Part shown: piece after piece, positions 16,852-37,965 of the stretch
Layout: every line of letters begins with the position of its first letter
Position numbering within the stretch: position 1 is the first letter of the stretch
Origin: the human T2T-CHM13v2.0 reference genome, Homo sapiens
Reading direction: 5' to 3' (one strand)
Length of the DNA stretch: 64,000 nt
Assembly (NCBI RefSeq): GCF_009914755.1
Contig: NC_060939.1
The notes under the pieces: model-generated
What the model saw: only the letters and a program-made list of their open reading frames with translations
Databases searched by the model: none
Told to the model about the DNA's origin: nothing
Made by a program: the position numbers and the translations under genes

Positions 16852-17023
16852 CACCTCAGGCAAGTAGGAGTGGCTGGAAAGTTTGTTGAGTTTTTTGGAA
16901 GTGGAGTTTCACAATTATCTATAGTTGATCGAACTACAATAGCAAACATGTGTCCGGAATATGGTGCTATCCTCAGCTTTTTCCCTGTTGACAATGTGAC
17001 ATTAAAACATTTAGAACATACAG
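16852..17023 (+). CDS. IREB2: IRP2 exon 9 (172 nt)
   Basis: atag|CACCTCAGG...ATACAG|gtaaga; [57 protein letters not shown]. Confidence 0.96.
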
Positions 17024-17879
17024 GTAAGAAGATAAAAGATCACTAGAATAAACATGTTACATTTCCAATGTGTTTGATAATATTTTATAAATTACTACCT
17101 TATCCATGTTATTTACTATTCACAAAATTACATTATGTTGAAACAACAACTTTCAAGCAAACATCAGATGTCTTTAAAGAGTGTTGTGTCCTGAAACCCT
17201 AGTTCCCTGTGACACATTGAAAGCAATTTAAAGGAATTATTCAAACCATTGATCCTGACTTGACTGTTTCCCCATAATGATGGATACCTCCACCTCTACT
17301 TAGGGGTCATAGGTTGCAATTTAATGGAAGTCAGCCTTAAACATATTCACAGCAGTCCCCTTCTACAACCAAGAGTAGAGGAGCTATCAGACAAAGGGGT
17401 TTGGGGACCAGTCTTCTATCTAGAGAAGAAGAAGAAGCGCAAAATTTTGCAGAAAACAACATAGGACCACAGTTTCTAAATCTTTTTGTAACCTGATTAA
17501 CTAGAAATTTTGGCCACTCTTCCATTGGCTGTTTAGATTAAAACAGAAAGTATCTACAAAACAAGATATGTTGATATTTCATAAGTCTGCTATTTAAAAA
17601 GTAAGATCTCTTTTTTTAATCTCTTTAATGAGGTAATCATTGCTGAGTTACTCATTTCTAAGTATAGATATTTATTTGGAGGATATATTCTAGTATTCTT
17701 CAGTGTGCAGGCAGATTATTATGTTAGTTAATCAGACAGCAAAATTGATGAATGGTTATATAGAATCCTGGAGGGAATGATCCCCCCAAGTGCAAAACTT
17801 CTGCATTTGAGTTAGTAGAACATTCAAAGTAGAAATGGTTAGAAGTGCCTCGTTCCTTGCATATTAATCTTGAGTTAAG

Positions 17880-18200
17880 GTTTTAGTGATCCTGTGTAAC
17901 AAATTATCCTAAAATTTAGTGGCTTGCACAAGCAGTAATTACTAGCTCATGGTTTCAGTGGGGTCGGTAATTCAGACAGGGCACAGTGGGGACAGCTCAT
18001 CTCTGTTTCATGTCTTGAGCCTCAACTGCAAGATTTGAAAGGAAGGGCCTGCAATCCTGAAGGCTTGTTGTGCTTGCATGTCTAACAGCAAATTATGAGC
18101 TGTCAGCTGAGGACTTAGGTAAGTCTATCAGGCAAAACACCCTCATGTGGTTTCTCCGTGTAGTCTGGGCTTGCTCACGTGGTAGATTCTCAAGGGTTAG
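17880..18200. mobile_element. MaLR LTR remnant (MLT1-like)
   Basis: ctgtgtaacaaattatcctaaaatttagtggctt...agctcatggtttcagtggggtcgg...attcag resembles the MLT1 consensus; subfamily unresolved. Confidence 0.6.
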
Positions 18201-18301
18201 GAGAAAGAGAAATGTAAATGAATATGTAAATAGTATTTGTTTCTTGTTCATCACTGGAATTCAGTATCCTTACCCCCAAAGATTTCAAAATTCCTTACTG
18301 A

Positions 18302-20600
<2,299 letters not shown>

Positions 20601-21061
20601 TCTGTTGGAAATTTATATCAAAATAGGCAGAATTCACTTCCAGGGAAGCCTTAATTTTAATAAAATTCATTTTCTAGGAGTGTGTCAAGGATTTCTAACA
20701 ACATGGTTTTACAGTTTTGGTTAACTGTTCATTAAACTCCATGAGGACAGGAACTTTGGTTTGGTATTGTATCCCCAGCTCCTAGAACAATTGCTGGCAC
20801 ATAGTAGATATTCAGTAAACGTGTTAGGTGAATAAATGAATCCATATAGGACCCATAGAAATTGAATTTGTGTGCTACTTTGGGCAAATCTTTTTACTTC
20901 TGATCATTTTCCAATCATTTTCACCTCTATTAGATCTAGTGCTTTGTCCATTTTTTTTCCTTGTTCACATTTTTTAAAATCCATAAATGGAAAGAATGAG
21001 AACAATGGGAAAACTTTGGTGGTAGAATAAAATGAAATAAATATGCCTGTTAAAAACCCTT

Positions 21062-22928
<1,867 letters not shown>

Positions 22929-23330
22929 CAGTGTAAGTAGTTGGATCAGTCAGAATAAACAGGGATATAAAATAATGTTGAAAGCCATGATGAAAAGTTT
23001 CAAGATGGTTATATTCACATAAAATGCATGAAGGAAACGATAGAAATGCCAGAAGAAATAAATAGGAATCTAGTTGGAAGTGGGATTTTTAACAAAAAAT
23101 ACGTTTCTTAACCAAGGAATAGAACCCTGAGTTGCAGCAGGCTGGCCAGTGAAACCCTCTGGAACAGGAAAAAGAACGCTTTCTCTGCTGTGTCCCTTCA
23201 GCACCCTCTAGTGACCAGTCTTCACATTCTTCACATCATGTGTGCTGACAAAGGAGAAATGTTTACTAACCGTTTACCTCTGTGATCACAGAGCGGGCAG
23301 GAGGGTAGATTTGGAGCTCAGAGGCAATAA

Positions 23331-24771
<1,441 letters not shown>

Positions 24772-25428
24772 TAAATGTGACCGAGTAGCAAGTGGTCTCT
24801 GGCTTTTGAGGGTTTGTATTTTCTGTCTGAGAATCACAGTTTTAGTCTTGTCACTTTCTCTATTCTGAGATCTCTAGTACTTGGCTTTCCTTTCAGAGCC
24901 TTTCTTTTTATGATTTCTTGACTTTTTGTTCAGAAAGTGTTAAACTTGTACAAAAACAAAATAGTCCACTGAATTGCCATGTACCTGTCAATTAGCTTCA
25001 ATAATTAGCAACTCATAGCCAATCTTGTTTCAGCTATGCTACACTCACACACATAGGATCCCTTTGGAGGAAATCTTCGGGGTCATTTTAACAGAAAAAA
25101 ATTTCTGCCATCTCTTGAGAATTACTATAAACAGGGATGATTAAGAACAACAAAGCCAAATGAGATCTGGATTCTGGGTGGTAGGCTGGACTCGCTTAGT
25201 AGATAAAAGTTTTGCTTGTGAACATCACCAGACTCCTGTCGTGCCCATGCAGATTTATGCTTCAGCTGAATTACAACTACTGAATGTTATGGGCCTTTAG
25301 CATCACTCACAAAAAGGATTTTTAATGTTAAATCATCAAATGTCCGGTATCTGCTATGTTTTCTGCCAGTCTTTTATTCTGTACATACCCAGAATATTTA
25401 GTTTATATTTTTGTGGAAATTTGTATAG

Positions 25429-25588
25429 GTTGGATTTAAAGGCTTCCAAATTGCAGCTGAAAAACAAAAGGATATTGTCTCCATTCATTATGAAGGAAGT
25501 GAATATAAGCTGTCTCATGGATCAGTGGTCATTGCTGCAGTTATCAGTTGTACCAATAATTGCAATCCATCTGTCATGCTTGCTGCAG
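25429..25588 (+). CDS. IREB2: IRP2 exon 12 (160 nt)
   Basis: atag|GTTGGATTT...GCTGCAG|gtgggt; [53 protein letters not shown] (aconitase SCTN cysteine motif). Confidence 0.96.
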
Positions 25589-26373
25589 GTGGGTTGTGGT
25601 TTATGGCCATACTTTTTCTTTTTCCTTAATTATTGTTAGCTTTTCTGTTATTGTAACTTTGTTTCTTAGATGATGCATGAGTGTCTACATTTGATATTGA
25701 GAGACTTTCTAGTATTTTAGTTAGGTCTTAAGGAGCCTGAGTTTGATTTATGTTGTTTTTATTACACCGAAGGTAAATTTACTGTTTACTATAACTTACC
25801 TGTCAATTAATTTTAGGTTGTATCTGCTTCTCTTGTTAATTTAGAACTATAGTTAATTAGCAGGTATTTCTTGATTATCTAGAAGTTAACCATAACAGTG
25901 TGGTAGATTTCATTAAAAGTTATAAAAGTAGTAAAAGATCATTGTCTTGGCAAGGATTGTAAATGAAATTAATTTGTATGCCCATTGGAACAATTCCTTA
26001 GTTGTATAAAACCATGTATAATGTGTTACATTGCTCTTATTGTAATTATGACTTTAAAATGGTTTGCTTTAGAAAAAAGAAGAAAGAGAAAAAAATGGTT
26101 TTGTTAACATGTACTTATATATGTGCACCTTTTGTTTACTCTGTGTGAATGATGTCAGCCTGTATCTTAATAATTTTCAACATAAAGGCTGTAATTTTAA
26201 ATTTGTTGTAAATGAAGCAAATCAGTAGAATAAAGTGGACAAAATAATGACAGTAAGTTTATGAATTCATACTTTAATCTGTTAAATAAATTACTTCTCA
26301 CTTTTTACTTTAATATGGGTGAGAGAGGGAAAGAAACATTGCCATAATAAATCATTGTTTGTTGGCTGTGCAG

Positions 26374-26509
26374 GTCTTTTGGCTAAAAAGGCTGTTGAAG
26401 CTGGTCTGCGTGTTAAACCTTATATAAGAACAAGTTTATCTCCAGGCAGTGGGATGGTTACACATTACCTCAGTTCAAGTGGAGTATTACCATATCTAAG
26501 TAAGCTTGG
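26374..26509 (+). CDS. IREB2: IRP2 exon 13 (136 nt)
   Basis: gcag|GTCTTTTG...CTTGG|gtaagt; [44 protein letters not shown]. Confidence 0.96.
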
Positions 26510-26993
26510 GTAAGTAACAGCTATCGCACTTCATATTGATATTGGTGTTCAGTAGGTACTGAAGCTGCTTGTTTGTGCCTTTCATATACAAAGAGAAGAT
26601 AGAAAAAATATGCTTTAGTTTTACTTGCTACCTTGCCATTACCATACAATTTTTGATGCCTTATCACTCAGGAAACACTTATTGGGCATATCAAATGAGC
26701 AAAGCACCAGGTTGGATACACAGAAGTAGGAGATGTGGTCTTAGCTTCAAGATACTTAGTTGGGAAGACAAGACAAACAAGTACAACCAAATAACAGTTA
26801 CAGTGTAAGAAACGATACCAAGTATGCACAATTTCTGTGAGTTGTGTAGGTCAGTTCAAAAAAGAAAGAAATCTTATAGTTTGCATTTATTAACTGAAAA
26901 TTGTCTTAATTTTAGTTTTATGAGGTTATTGGGTCTATAATACATAAGTTTAAATTGTCCCTGAACTTTGGAGAAAGTAACTTATGTTTTTTG

Positions 26994-27637
<644 letters not shown>

Positions 27638-28050
27638 CTAGTTATATTTTCGGTGTGTATTTTGGAACATATGAGTCATCAATTCCATTGCAAAACTGAT
27701 AAATTTTAGATTTTTTTGCTTTTAGAATAGCATCTGAAAGTAATTTAGAGGACTGTGCCTGTAATCTTTTGGTTATATTATCTTGGATTTATTGTCAGAG
27801 ACTCTTCTTGGGTTTAACTGGTTGATAATTGAGAGAATACTCCTATCAGAGTGCCCAATTACAATGCCTCTTTTGGGACCTTTGGTCAGGTTATTATAGC
27901 CAGGTCCTCTTTACATTTTAAACTCTTGGATGGAAGTACAGTATCAATTATTTTAAAAGGTCATGTTATATTCCTAGCAAGTAGTATTTGGGGGAATTCT
28001 CTTGTACAGTGATAAGTGCTATTAAGGCTCTTCAAAGGTTTGCATTCACC

Positions 28051-28205
28051 TTTGAGACCAGCCTGAGCATTTTTATTTTTTATTTTACAAAAAATAAAAA
28101 AATTAGCTGGGCCTGGTGGCGAGCGCCTGTGGCCCCAGCTACTTAGGAGGCCAAGGAGCAGGATTGCTTGAGCCCAGGAGGTTAAGGCTGCAGTGAGCTG
28201 GTTCA
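28051..28205 (+). repeat. Internal Alu fragment; inverted duplicate of 30244-30398
   Basis: Hand alignment: ~7 substitutions plus homopolymer indels over ~155 nt, with shared non-consensus features. Confidence 0.9.
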
Positions 28206-28397
28206 AATAGCATGCCTGAGAGTTAGACTTGATTGCTCAGAATCTTCTGAGGTGAATATATTGATGAAGGTTAATCCATGTGTCATGAATAGTCTTTTAA
28301 GTAATCTTATTACAGTGATAGAAATACAAGATAAGACTTGTCCTTTCTCTATAAATGTTGTGATGTGCTATTCAGTCACTTTTTTTTTGAAATGCAG

Positions 28398-28482
28398 ATT
28401 TGAAATCGTTGGCTATGGATGTTCAACTTGTGTGGGAAATACAGCACCCTTATCAGACGCAGTTTTAAATGCAGTAAAACAG
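28398..28482 (+). CDS. IREB2: IRP2 exon 14 (85 nt)
   Basis: gcag|ATTTGAA...AAACAG|gtaaaa; FEIVGYGCSTCVGNTAPLSDAVLNAVKQ (CxxC aconitase motif). Confidence 0.96.
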
Positions 28483-28844
28483 GTAAAATGTGTGGATTGG
28501 CAAGACATCTAAATGATTTTCTTAACTATGTTTTGTTACTAAATTATAGAAAATATATATTGATGTGTTTATATTTCTGTAAACTCTGCACCTCTTGGCA
28601 ATAGTAACCTGTGAATCTTTAAATGATTCAATGAATCATTTGTAGATCCTTGAAATAATTCCTTCATAATACAAGGAATTGATTTAGTTTATTTGCAAGA
28701 TGCATAGTTCTATATTTAAAAATTAGTAATATGTTTTTTGGTTAATCTCGCCCTCAGACTTTAAGATTGCTTATATATGATTATCCAGATTTGTACCATC
28801 TCTAGAATTGAATTTATTTGTTTGTGTGTTTGTGTTTTTTTCAG

Positions 28845-29001
28845 GGTGATTTGGTTACCTGTGGAATTTTATCTGGAAACAAAAATTTTGAAGGTCGTCT
28901 TTGTGATTGTGTTCGTGCCAATTATCTTGCCTCTCCACCCTTAGTGGTAGCTTATGCCATAGCAGGCACAGTGAATATAGATTTCCAGACAGAACCTTTA
29001 G
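28845..29001 (+). CDS. IREB2: IRP2 exon 15 (157 nt)
   Basis: tcag|GGTGAT...TTTAG|gtatct; [52 protein letters not shown]. Confidence 0.96.
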
Positions 29002-29311
29002 GTATCTTTTCCTTTATGTATATGTATACCTACACATACTTTTCCCAATGGAAGTCGTTATATTTTTGAAATGTTTCTTAGACCATCTATTCTTTGAATT
29101 ATTTCAGGAAGACGTATGATAATGTATAGTTATTAATTTCTGTGTTTATGTGAAGAAAATAAAATGTACAGGTAATTAGTTCTTCCAGCCGCTTAAGCCT
29201 GAAGCACCCTGTTGAATCATTTACTTGATTTCCATGATATGTCTTTGAAAAGGTATGAACATTTTCAGAGTTATTTTTTTACTGAGTATCATGTTCAAAA
29301 ATTTTAACCAG

Positions 29312-29436
29312 GTACTGACCCCACCGGCAAGAACATTTACCTGCATGATATTTGGCCTAGTCGAGAAGAAGTTCATCGAGTAGAGGAAGAACATGTTATA
29401 CTATCCATGTTTAAAGCATTAAAAGATAAAATAGAA
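29312..29436 (+). CDS. IREB2: IRP2 exon 16 (125 nt)
   Basis: ccag|GTACTGAC...ATAGAA|gtaaga; TDPTGKNIYLHDIWPSREEVHRVEEEHVILSMFKALKDKIE. Confidence 0.95.
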
Positions 29437-29603
29437 GTAAGAGTCTTATGTGTTTCTTAAATAGTTTAATCAATTTGCAGTGTTCTTTTATTTCATATAT
29501 CTTCTGAATAGAATAAAAATTAAAATTACATTATTTTGAATACAGTTTTTAATGTGTAATAGTAAGTTTGTATCTGGAATCTGTAGTTAAAAAGAAAATG
29601 GCG

Positions 29604-30925
<1,322 letters not shown>

Positions 30926-31086
30926 AAGAATACACTCTTAATTTTCTTTCCAAATGGATAAGGCCTATTTTTGTTGTTGTTGTTGTGACCTAAGTACTAT
31001 TTTATTCCCTTGATCATTTTCATGCGCCTCTTTTTCTGAGTCCTTTTATCTTTGCTTTGGTTCATCAACGAAAACTGTATTCACAG

Positions 31087-31191
31087 ATGGGGAATAAACG
31101 GTGGAATTCCTTAGAAGCACCGGATTCAGTTTTGTTTCCATGGGACTTAAAGTCTACTTATATCAGATGCCCTTCATTTTTTGATAAACTT
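31087..31191 (+). CDS. IREB2: IRP2 exon 17 (105 nt)
   Basis: acag|ATGGGG...AAACTT|gtaagt; MGNKRWNSLEAPDSVLFPWDLKSTYIRCPSFFDKL. Confidence 0.96.
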
Positions 31192-31283
31192 GTAAGTACT
31201 GTTTTACTATTTGATCTTTTAAAGATTGTTATAAACTAAGAAGTCTTGTAAAGAGTTAAATGCCTTGAACTTTTACCTTCTAG

Positions 31284-31426
31284 ACCAAAGAGCCAATTGC
31301 ACTCCAGGCTATTGAAAATGCCCATGTCTTATTATATTTGGGAGACTCTGTCACAACAGATCATATATCACCTGCAGGAAGTATCGCTAGGAATAGTGCT
31401 GCCGCTAAGTATTTGACAAACAGAGG
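31284..31426 (+). CDS. IREB2: IRP2 exon 18 (143 nt; preceded by a 92-nt intron)
   Basis: ctag|ACCAAAG...AGAGG|gtatgt; [47 protein letters not shown]. Confidence 0.96.
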
Positions 31427-32123
31427 GTATGTGTACATGGCTTTAGAGTGTTTTTGTTTTTTCTTGTTTCTTACTGATTAAGAGGCTTCTATTGGTCTTG
31501 TTCCTTTTTTCCAGTAAATACATGCTATCGTAGGTAATCTGACTGCCAATGTGTTTGTCTTAAGCAAGAATGGAGAGTGGCGGGGTGGGGAGGCGGGGGA
31601 TACCTTCTGTACTTGTCTTTGCTTGTGACTTTAGAAAATGAAATTGCAATTTTAAATTGAGCCCTTATAGTCTAAATAAACAGCTGATTGGAAATAAGAT
31701 TTTTCTTTTTCAGTGCTACTTTATTGAAAAGTCAGCTTGGTTTTACCTACCAAATGAAGCCTGCTCATTTGGTTAAAACCAGCTTCCCATTATTGGAGTA
31801 AGGAATTTAAATGTGTATTTTATGGGCTATAACATGTACGTGTGTGAGGCTGGGAATGATATGTACAAATCAAAAGACAATGAATTTCTGCTTCATGAGC
31901 CTAAAATTTTATAGGAACAATAAACGTAAAGGCCATTTATATTGGAGATATAAATTTAAAACTGGTAAGATTTCATTTCTACATGATTAATCATGTAGAG
32001 TTGCCCTGTTATCAAAGGACTGTTTTGACAATAGAGACAAAGTTTTGTTAAAAGCAGGATTTGTAGTACTGCTACCTGATTAGCTTATTGGATGCTTGTT
32101 TGATGCTTGAGTAATTAAAATGA

Positions 32124-32429
<306 letters not shown>

Positions 32430-33894
32430 TGAGCAACCGTGCCCAGCCAAAATGTCAATGTAGCTTGTGTTGACATGTGATAATATTGCACAGCTTTTAT
32501 TATAAAGTGGTGAGAAATAAGTTTCCTTTCCTGTAAATATTTTTTTGGTTGTGATTTCCATCTTCATCATAATTGTGACATACCTCCAAAAAAGAAAAAC
32601 AGTCAACACTTCTCTCAAATGTACAATTTTTGTAATTATTATGCCTCCTGATATGTATTTCTTAGCACATTTAATCCAGTAGTGCTCATCAATTAGAATT
32701 TTCTAAAAATAAAGACACTCAAACCTCCTACCACTCCCATCCTGAAGTAAAAATTTAAATGCACAAATTTAGAATATTGTTGCCTCTGCATAAAAGACCA
32801 AATCAGAGGCTGATAAAAGTCAGTTGTTGATTGTTGAGATACTTATGTTCAGTTATTTTTCCCTAAAAAGTTATATATGGTCACTAATCCAGTAGCAATA
32901 CCCCCCGCACCCAGATTATGATTTCTAAATACTGTTTCCCACTATAGTGAACCAGTGCTTCATGGAGAAATTATTGATTCCAGATCTGGGACTGGAAAAT
33001 GTACACAATTTTACCAAAAATTACCAAGATTACCAAAAATAAAATTACAAAGATTACCTGATGGTCACAGACCATCAGGCTTCTGTCTAAAGGTCTCAGG
33101 GTCAGGACCAGCTCATTAGCTTGAAAACTGGTAAATAATCAATTCTTTAACCAGCCTTTCATGTATGGAATGTATTTCAGCATAACCAAATCATTGATGA
33201 AGGAAAGTTTGTCATTTGTTTGTTTGTTTGTTTTTAGAGACAGGGTCTCACTCTTGCCTGGGCTGAAAGGCAGTGGCACTTGGCCCTCTGCTGCTTGGAA
33301 CTCGTGGGCTCAAGCACTCCTCCTGTCTCACCCTCCTGAGTAGCTTGGGACTACAGGCTCGCACCGTCATGCCTGGATAATTTTTAATTTTTTGTAGAGA
33401 TGAGATCTCCCTTTGTTGCACAGGCTGGTCTCCAACACATGGGCTCGAGCATTCCTCCCACTTTGGCCTCCCAGAGTGCTGGTATTGCAGGCAAGAGCCA
33501 ACATACCTGCTGGAAAGTTTTTCTTTATAGAACTTTTGTACCTAAAAAATGAAGAAGGAATGGGTGAATTATAGTATCACTATTTTACGGTCTCTAATAA
33601 GCAATCTAGACCACAATGAGCAATCACTGGTAACATTCCAGGAAAAGACAGTTGGCTATCTTGTGCCTCCTAATAGAAGTACATATGACCTATGAAGCAT
33701 TGTTGCCAAAAATTAAAAACCCAAATCTTATCAAACCACTGGATCTGACATGTGATTTACAAGAACAGAAGGCAGAAGAACATGTTAAATGATTCATGGA
33801 GATGCAGTCAACACAATGTGGGTACAGAAAACTATACAAGTAACTTTATTGCATCAGATAGAGCACAAGCAGGAGGAAGGAGAGGGAACATATA

Positions 33895-34125
33895 CTGTCA
33901 TTCTTCAGTATAGATGTGGGACTGGTTCCAGGACCACCCATGTATACCCAAATCCACACATACTGAATTCCTACAGTCAGCCTTGCAGAAGCCACATATA
34001 TGAAAAGTCGTATTTGCAGTTTTCTGCATCCTGTGAATAATATATTTTCTGTCAGTGTTTGGTTGAAAAAAAATCGATGTATAAGTGGACCCACACAACT
34101 CAAATTCATGTTTAAAGGTCAACTG
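33895..34125. mobile_element. MER8 (Tigger-family MITE) within an old L1M remnant
   Basis: TA-flanked, ~230 nt; ggttccaggacc...tacccaaatcc...ggttgaaaaaaaatc...ataagtggaccc...ggtcaactg. Confidence 0.75.
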
Positions 34126-34562
34126 TAGATTAAAACACTTGAGATCAACTGAACACATTTATGAACTGCATTTGGATCCTGATTTGAACAAACCAACTTA
34201 GTTTGGAAATAATCAGTGACAATATTGACTATCTGATGTTAAGAAATTATTGTGATTTTTTTTTTTTTGGTGTAAAGATTTTTTTTTAAGAGTCTACATC
34301 TTTTAGTGAAATGTACTGAAAAGTATGCTGTTAAAATTATCTCAGTTTTGCTTCAAAATAATCTAATGGGGTTGACTGTAGAAGAAACGGAGCATCTGTT
34401 AAGTTATAGCTTGGTGATAGGCGCATGGACATTCATGGTTTTGTTTTCTTTTGTGTTTGAAATTTTCTGTGATAAAAAAATTTTTCAATAGGTCTTACAG
34501 CTCAATAGTATGTGATTATTTTCCACATGTAATGAAAACTGACTTTCATTACTTTCTTGTAG

Positions 34563-34710
34563 CCTTACCCCTCGTGAATTCAACTCTTACGGAGCTCGAA
34601 GAGGTAATGATGCTGTAATGACAAGAGGCACTTTTGCAAATATCAAGCTTTTTAATAAGTTTATTGGAAAACCAGCTCCTAAAACAATTCATTTTCCATC
34701 AGGACAGACG
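34563..34710 (+). CDS. IREB2: IRP2 exon 19 (148 nt)
   Basis: gtag|CCTTACC...CAGACG|gtgaga; [49 protein letters not shown]. Confidence 0.96.
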
Positions 34711-34795
34711 GTGAGAATGCACACAAAGTATTTAGACAATTTATAACTGGATCAAAATTTGTATTAAAAAATTTTGTGTTTGTTTTAATCTACAG

Positions 34796-34918
34796 CTAGA
34801 TGTATTTGAGGCTGCAGAGCTGTACCAGAAAGAAGGTATCCCACTGATTATTTTAGCAGGAAAGAAATATGGTTCAGGAAACTCCAGAGACTGGGCTGCC
34901 AAAGGACCGTATTTACTG
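34796..34918 (+). CDS. IREB2: IRP2 exon 20 (123 nt; preceded by an 85-nt intron)
   Basis: acag|CTAGAT...TTACTG|gtattg; [41 protein letters not shown]. Confidence 0.96.
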
Positions 34919-35207
34919 GTATTGAATCTTAAAATTTATCATCTTAAGCTTCAAAGAGTTTTAACTGTTCCCTTTTGTCAGTAACATCCTGTCAAAGTTT
35001 ATCTGGATTTTTTATAGTTATTTGAACCTTATAGGTATAGAGGGTTTTGTTTGTTTGTTTATTTCAGTGATCTTTGGTAATATTTTGTACTCATCTAGTT
35101 AGTATCATTTTAATACTCTGAGTTTGGTAAAACCTACATCAGTCTTATGTGAAGAAGTCAGTATAATAGAGGGAAAGGAAATTCTGTTTTAAACTATTGT
35201 TTTATAA

Positions 35208-35372
<165 letters not shown>

Positions 35373-37102
35373 TGAGTTACCACACCTGGCCAATTTTTGT
35401 ATTGTTTGTAGAGATCGGATCTCTCTATTTTGCTCAGGCTGATCTTGAACTCCTGGGCTCAAGTGATCCTCCCGCTGTGGCCTCCCAGGGTGCTGGGATT
35501 ACAGGCTTGAGCCATGTGCCCGGCCCCCACTGTTAATTTTACTTGCCTCCTTTTGATTTAATTTTCTCCGATTTGCCCCATCAGTGGGTAAAAGACTCAG
35601 AAGTAGTAGGCCAAGTTGCACCTTTTTTCCCCCTAAATAGGAGATTGTGGTGCCTGGCTGTCTGCCAGGAGGACATTTCTCCTGAGACTGTTTCCTTGTT
35701 GCAGAGCAAATAGGCCATCTGCTGGGGGGGAATAGTCATGTGACATGTGCTTTTTGCCATTTCATACTCACAGATGCTTCTCTTTACAATTGTAGCTGTA
35801 AAAAGGCTGGCTGAAACACAGATACCATGCAGGCCTCATTCTTATTTTAATCTTTAATATCTCCTTTAAAATGTAAATACTCTGAGGGGCTATGGGAATA
35901 AAACAAAATCTCATCCTTCTAAGATACTAATTATAAGTATTATTATGAGTATTAATGATAGGTATAGGTTATTTTTATCCTGGAAATTGTTTTAGTGTTT
36001 GTTTTTGATGTTGGAAGCTTTCCTTATATGGCAGGTGATGCTTGGCCCTCCATTTGTTAGACATTAAAAAACTGATTACAAGCCATGGATGGGGGCTGGG
36101 TTGTGTCAGTTACTGGGCCTTACTATAGGTGACTGGGTGATAAGCTACCTTTTTCATTAAGCGATTCTATATGTCATTATCTGTATTTTCTCTGAGGCCA
36201 TTCAGTTTCTTGAAGGAAAGAGACTCGTTCAGTATGTAGACATCTACTTAGTCCCCTGTTTTCAATCTGGTATTCTCAAGCCCCTGTGCCCAGTGTTTGT
36301 CAGTTTAGAGAATGTATTCTCTTCCTTATTTCTGCTATAACAAAAAATGAGTAAAAATTTGTAAAAAATGAGTAAAAAAGAACAAAAATTGGTCCTCAGG
36401 TGGTAAAAAAAATTCTACTTTTTGCACATAAAGTACAGATAAGAGTACATTAAAAGATACACAGCATCTTTGTGGTACTAAAATTTTGGAGAGAAGGGAG
36501 GTGAACAGGAAGACACAATTTGGGGGAAAAAAGTCTTAAAAGACTCCTTAGGTAGACAGTGGAGAAAAAAGTTGAAAAACACAAGTCTAGAGCCTTTGGC
36601 TCATTTTTTCCAGAGAATAAACCTCTACTCTTGTGGAGTGGGGATTGAGCTGGATCTTACTGCTTTGTATGGCCTTGTAACCTGTGTCCACGAGTATTCT
36701 GAGAACCTCATGCCTCTGAATCTCAATCCTTTTCCTGGGTCTTGTGTTGCACATTAACTCAGACCTTACTGGTATCACTCTCTAATTTCATTTTATCATT
36801 CTGCGGTTTCAGCATTGTCTTCTAAATCACTTACCTATCTCTGTTTTCTAAATATTCATAGAATTCTCTCATCCTATTCCCTTTGTTGCTGTGGGCTTAT
36901 ACCCTCTTCATTATTGTTGTTACTTATTTGTATTTTTTGGAGACAGGGTCTCACTCTGTCGTCCAGGCTGGAATGCAGTGGCATGATCTCAGCTCCCTGC
37001 AACCTCCACTTACAACCTCAAGTGACTCTCCTGCCTCAGCCTCCATAGTAGCTGAGATTACAGGTGTGCACCACCATGTCCAGCTAATTTTTCTGTTTTT
37101 AG

Positions 37103-37264
<162 letters not shown>

Positions 37265-37779
37265 TAGAGACAGGGTCTCACTATATTGCCCAGGCTGGTC
37301 TCAAACTCCCGGCCTCAAATAATCCTTCTGCCTCAGCCTCCAAAGTACTGGGATTATAAGCATATAAGCCACTGCGCCTGGCCCTATATACCTTCTTTAT
37401 TCCTTTATTTTAGTGGCATTTCAAGAGTGTTGAAAACATATGTTAGATCTGGCATGTTTAAATAGAAATCCTTCTGAGCCCTACTTTGGGGTCAAGGGAG
37501 CCGGCCCATTTATAGAGCTCTTATGATGTGGTAGACAGCGGCAGTACTTAACCCTAGAGCAGCAGAAAGGGATCCGAATAATTTAGAGAGCTCCATAAAA
37601 ATTCAGAAAAATAATCTGTAAGAAGGTTCTGTAAATACTTTGATAAAATATTGATTCAGTATGAGATATTAGACTAAAAGTATTTAGAGAAAGGCCAAAG
37701 TAGATTTTTGCCCCCTTTAAATGCTCAATAAATAACTTTCAGAAGTGATTAGAGGGAATAAAATGCACATTTATTACAG

Positions 37780-37965
37780 GGTGTGAAAGCTGTTTTGGCT
37801 GAAAGTTATGAAAAAATACACAAAGATCATTTGATTGGAATTGGCATAGCTCCACTTCAGTTCCTTCCAGGAGAAAATGCAGATTCCTTGGGCCTCTCCG
37901 GTAGAGAAACATTTTCTTTAACATTTCCTGAAGAACTGTCTCCTGGAATTACATTGAATATACAG
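37780..37965 (+). CDS. IREB2: IRP2 exon 21 (186 nt)
   Basis: acag|GGTGTG...ATACAG|gtatct; GVKAVLAESYEKIHKDHLIGIGIAPLQFLPGENADSLGLSGRETFSLTFPEELSPGITLNIQ. Confidence 0.96.

Noticed and set aside
29002-29311. Intron 15 donor gtatctttt resembles the U12 consensus GTATCCTTT, and its acceptor lacks a pyrimidine tract
   Set aside because: Mismatch at +6, the exonic TAG fits U1 pairing, and the only ttttaac branch-like motif is too close to the AG for a U12 branch site; probably U2-type.
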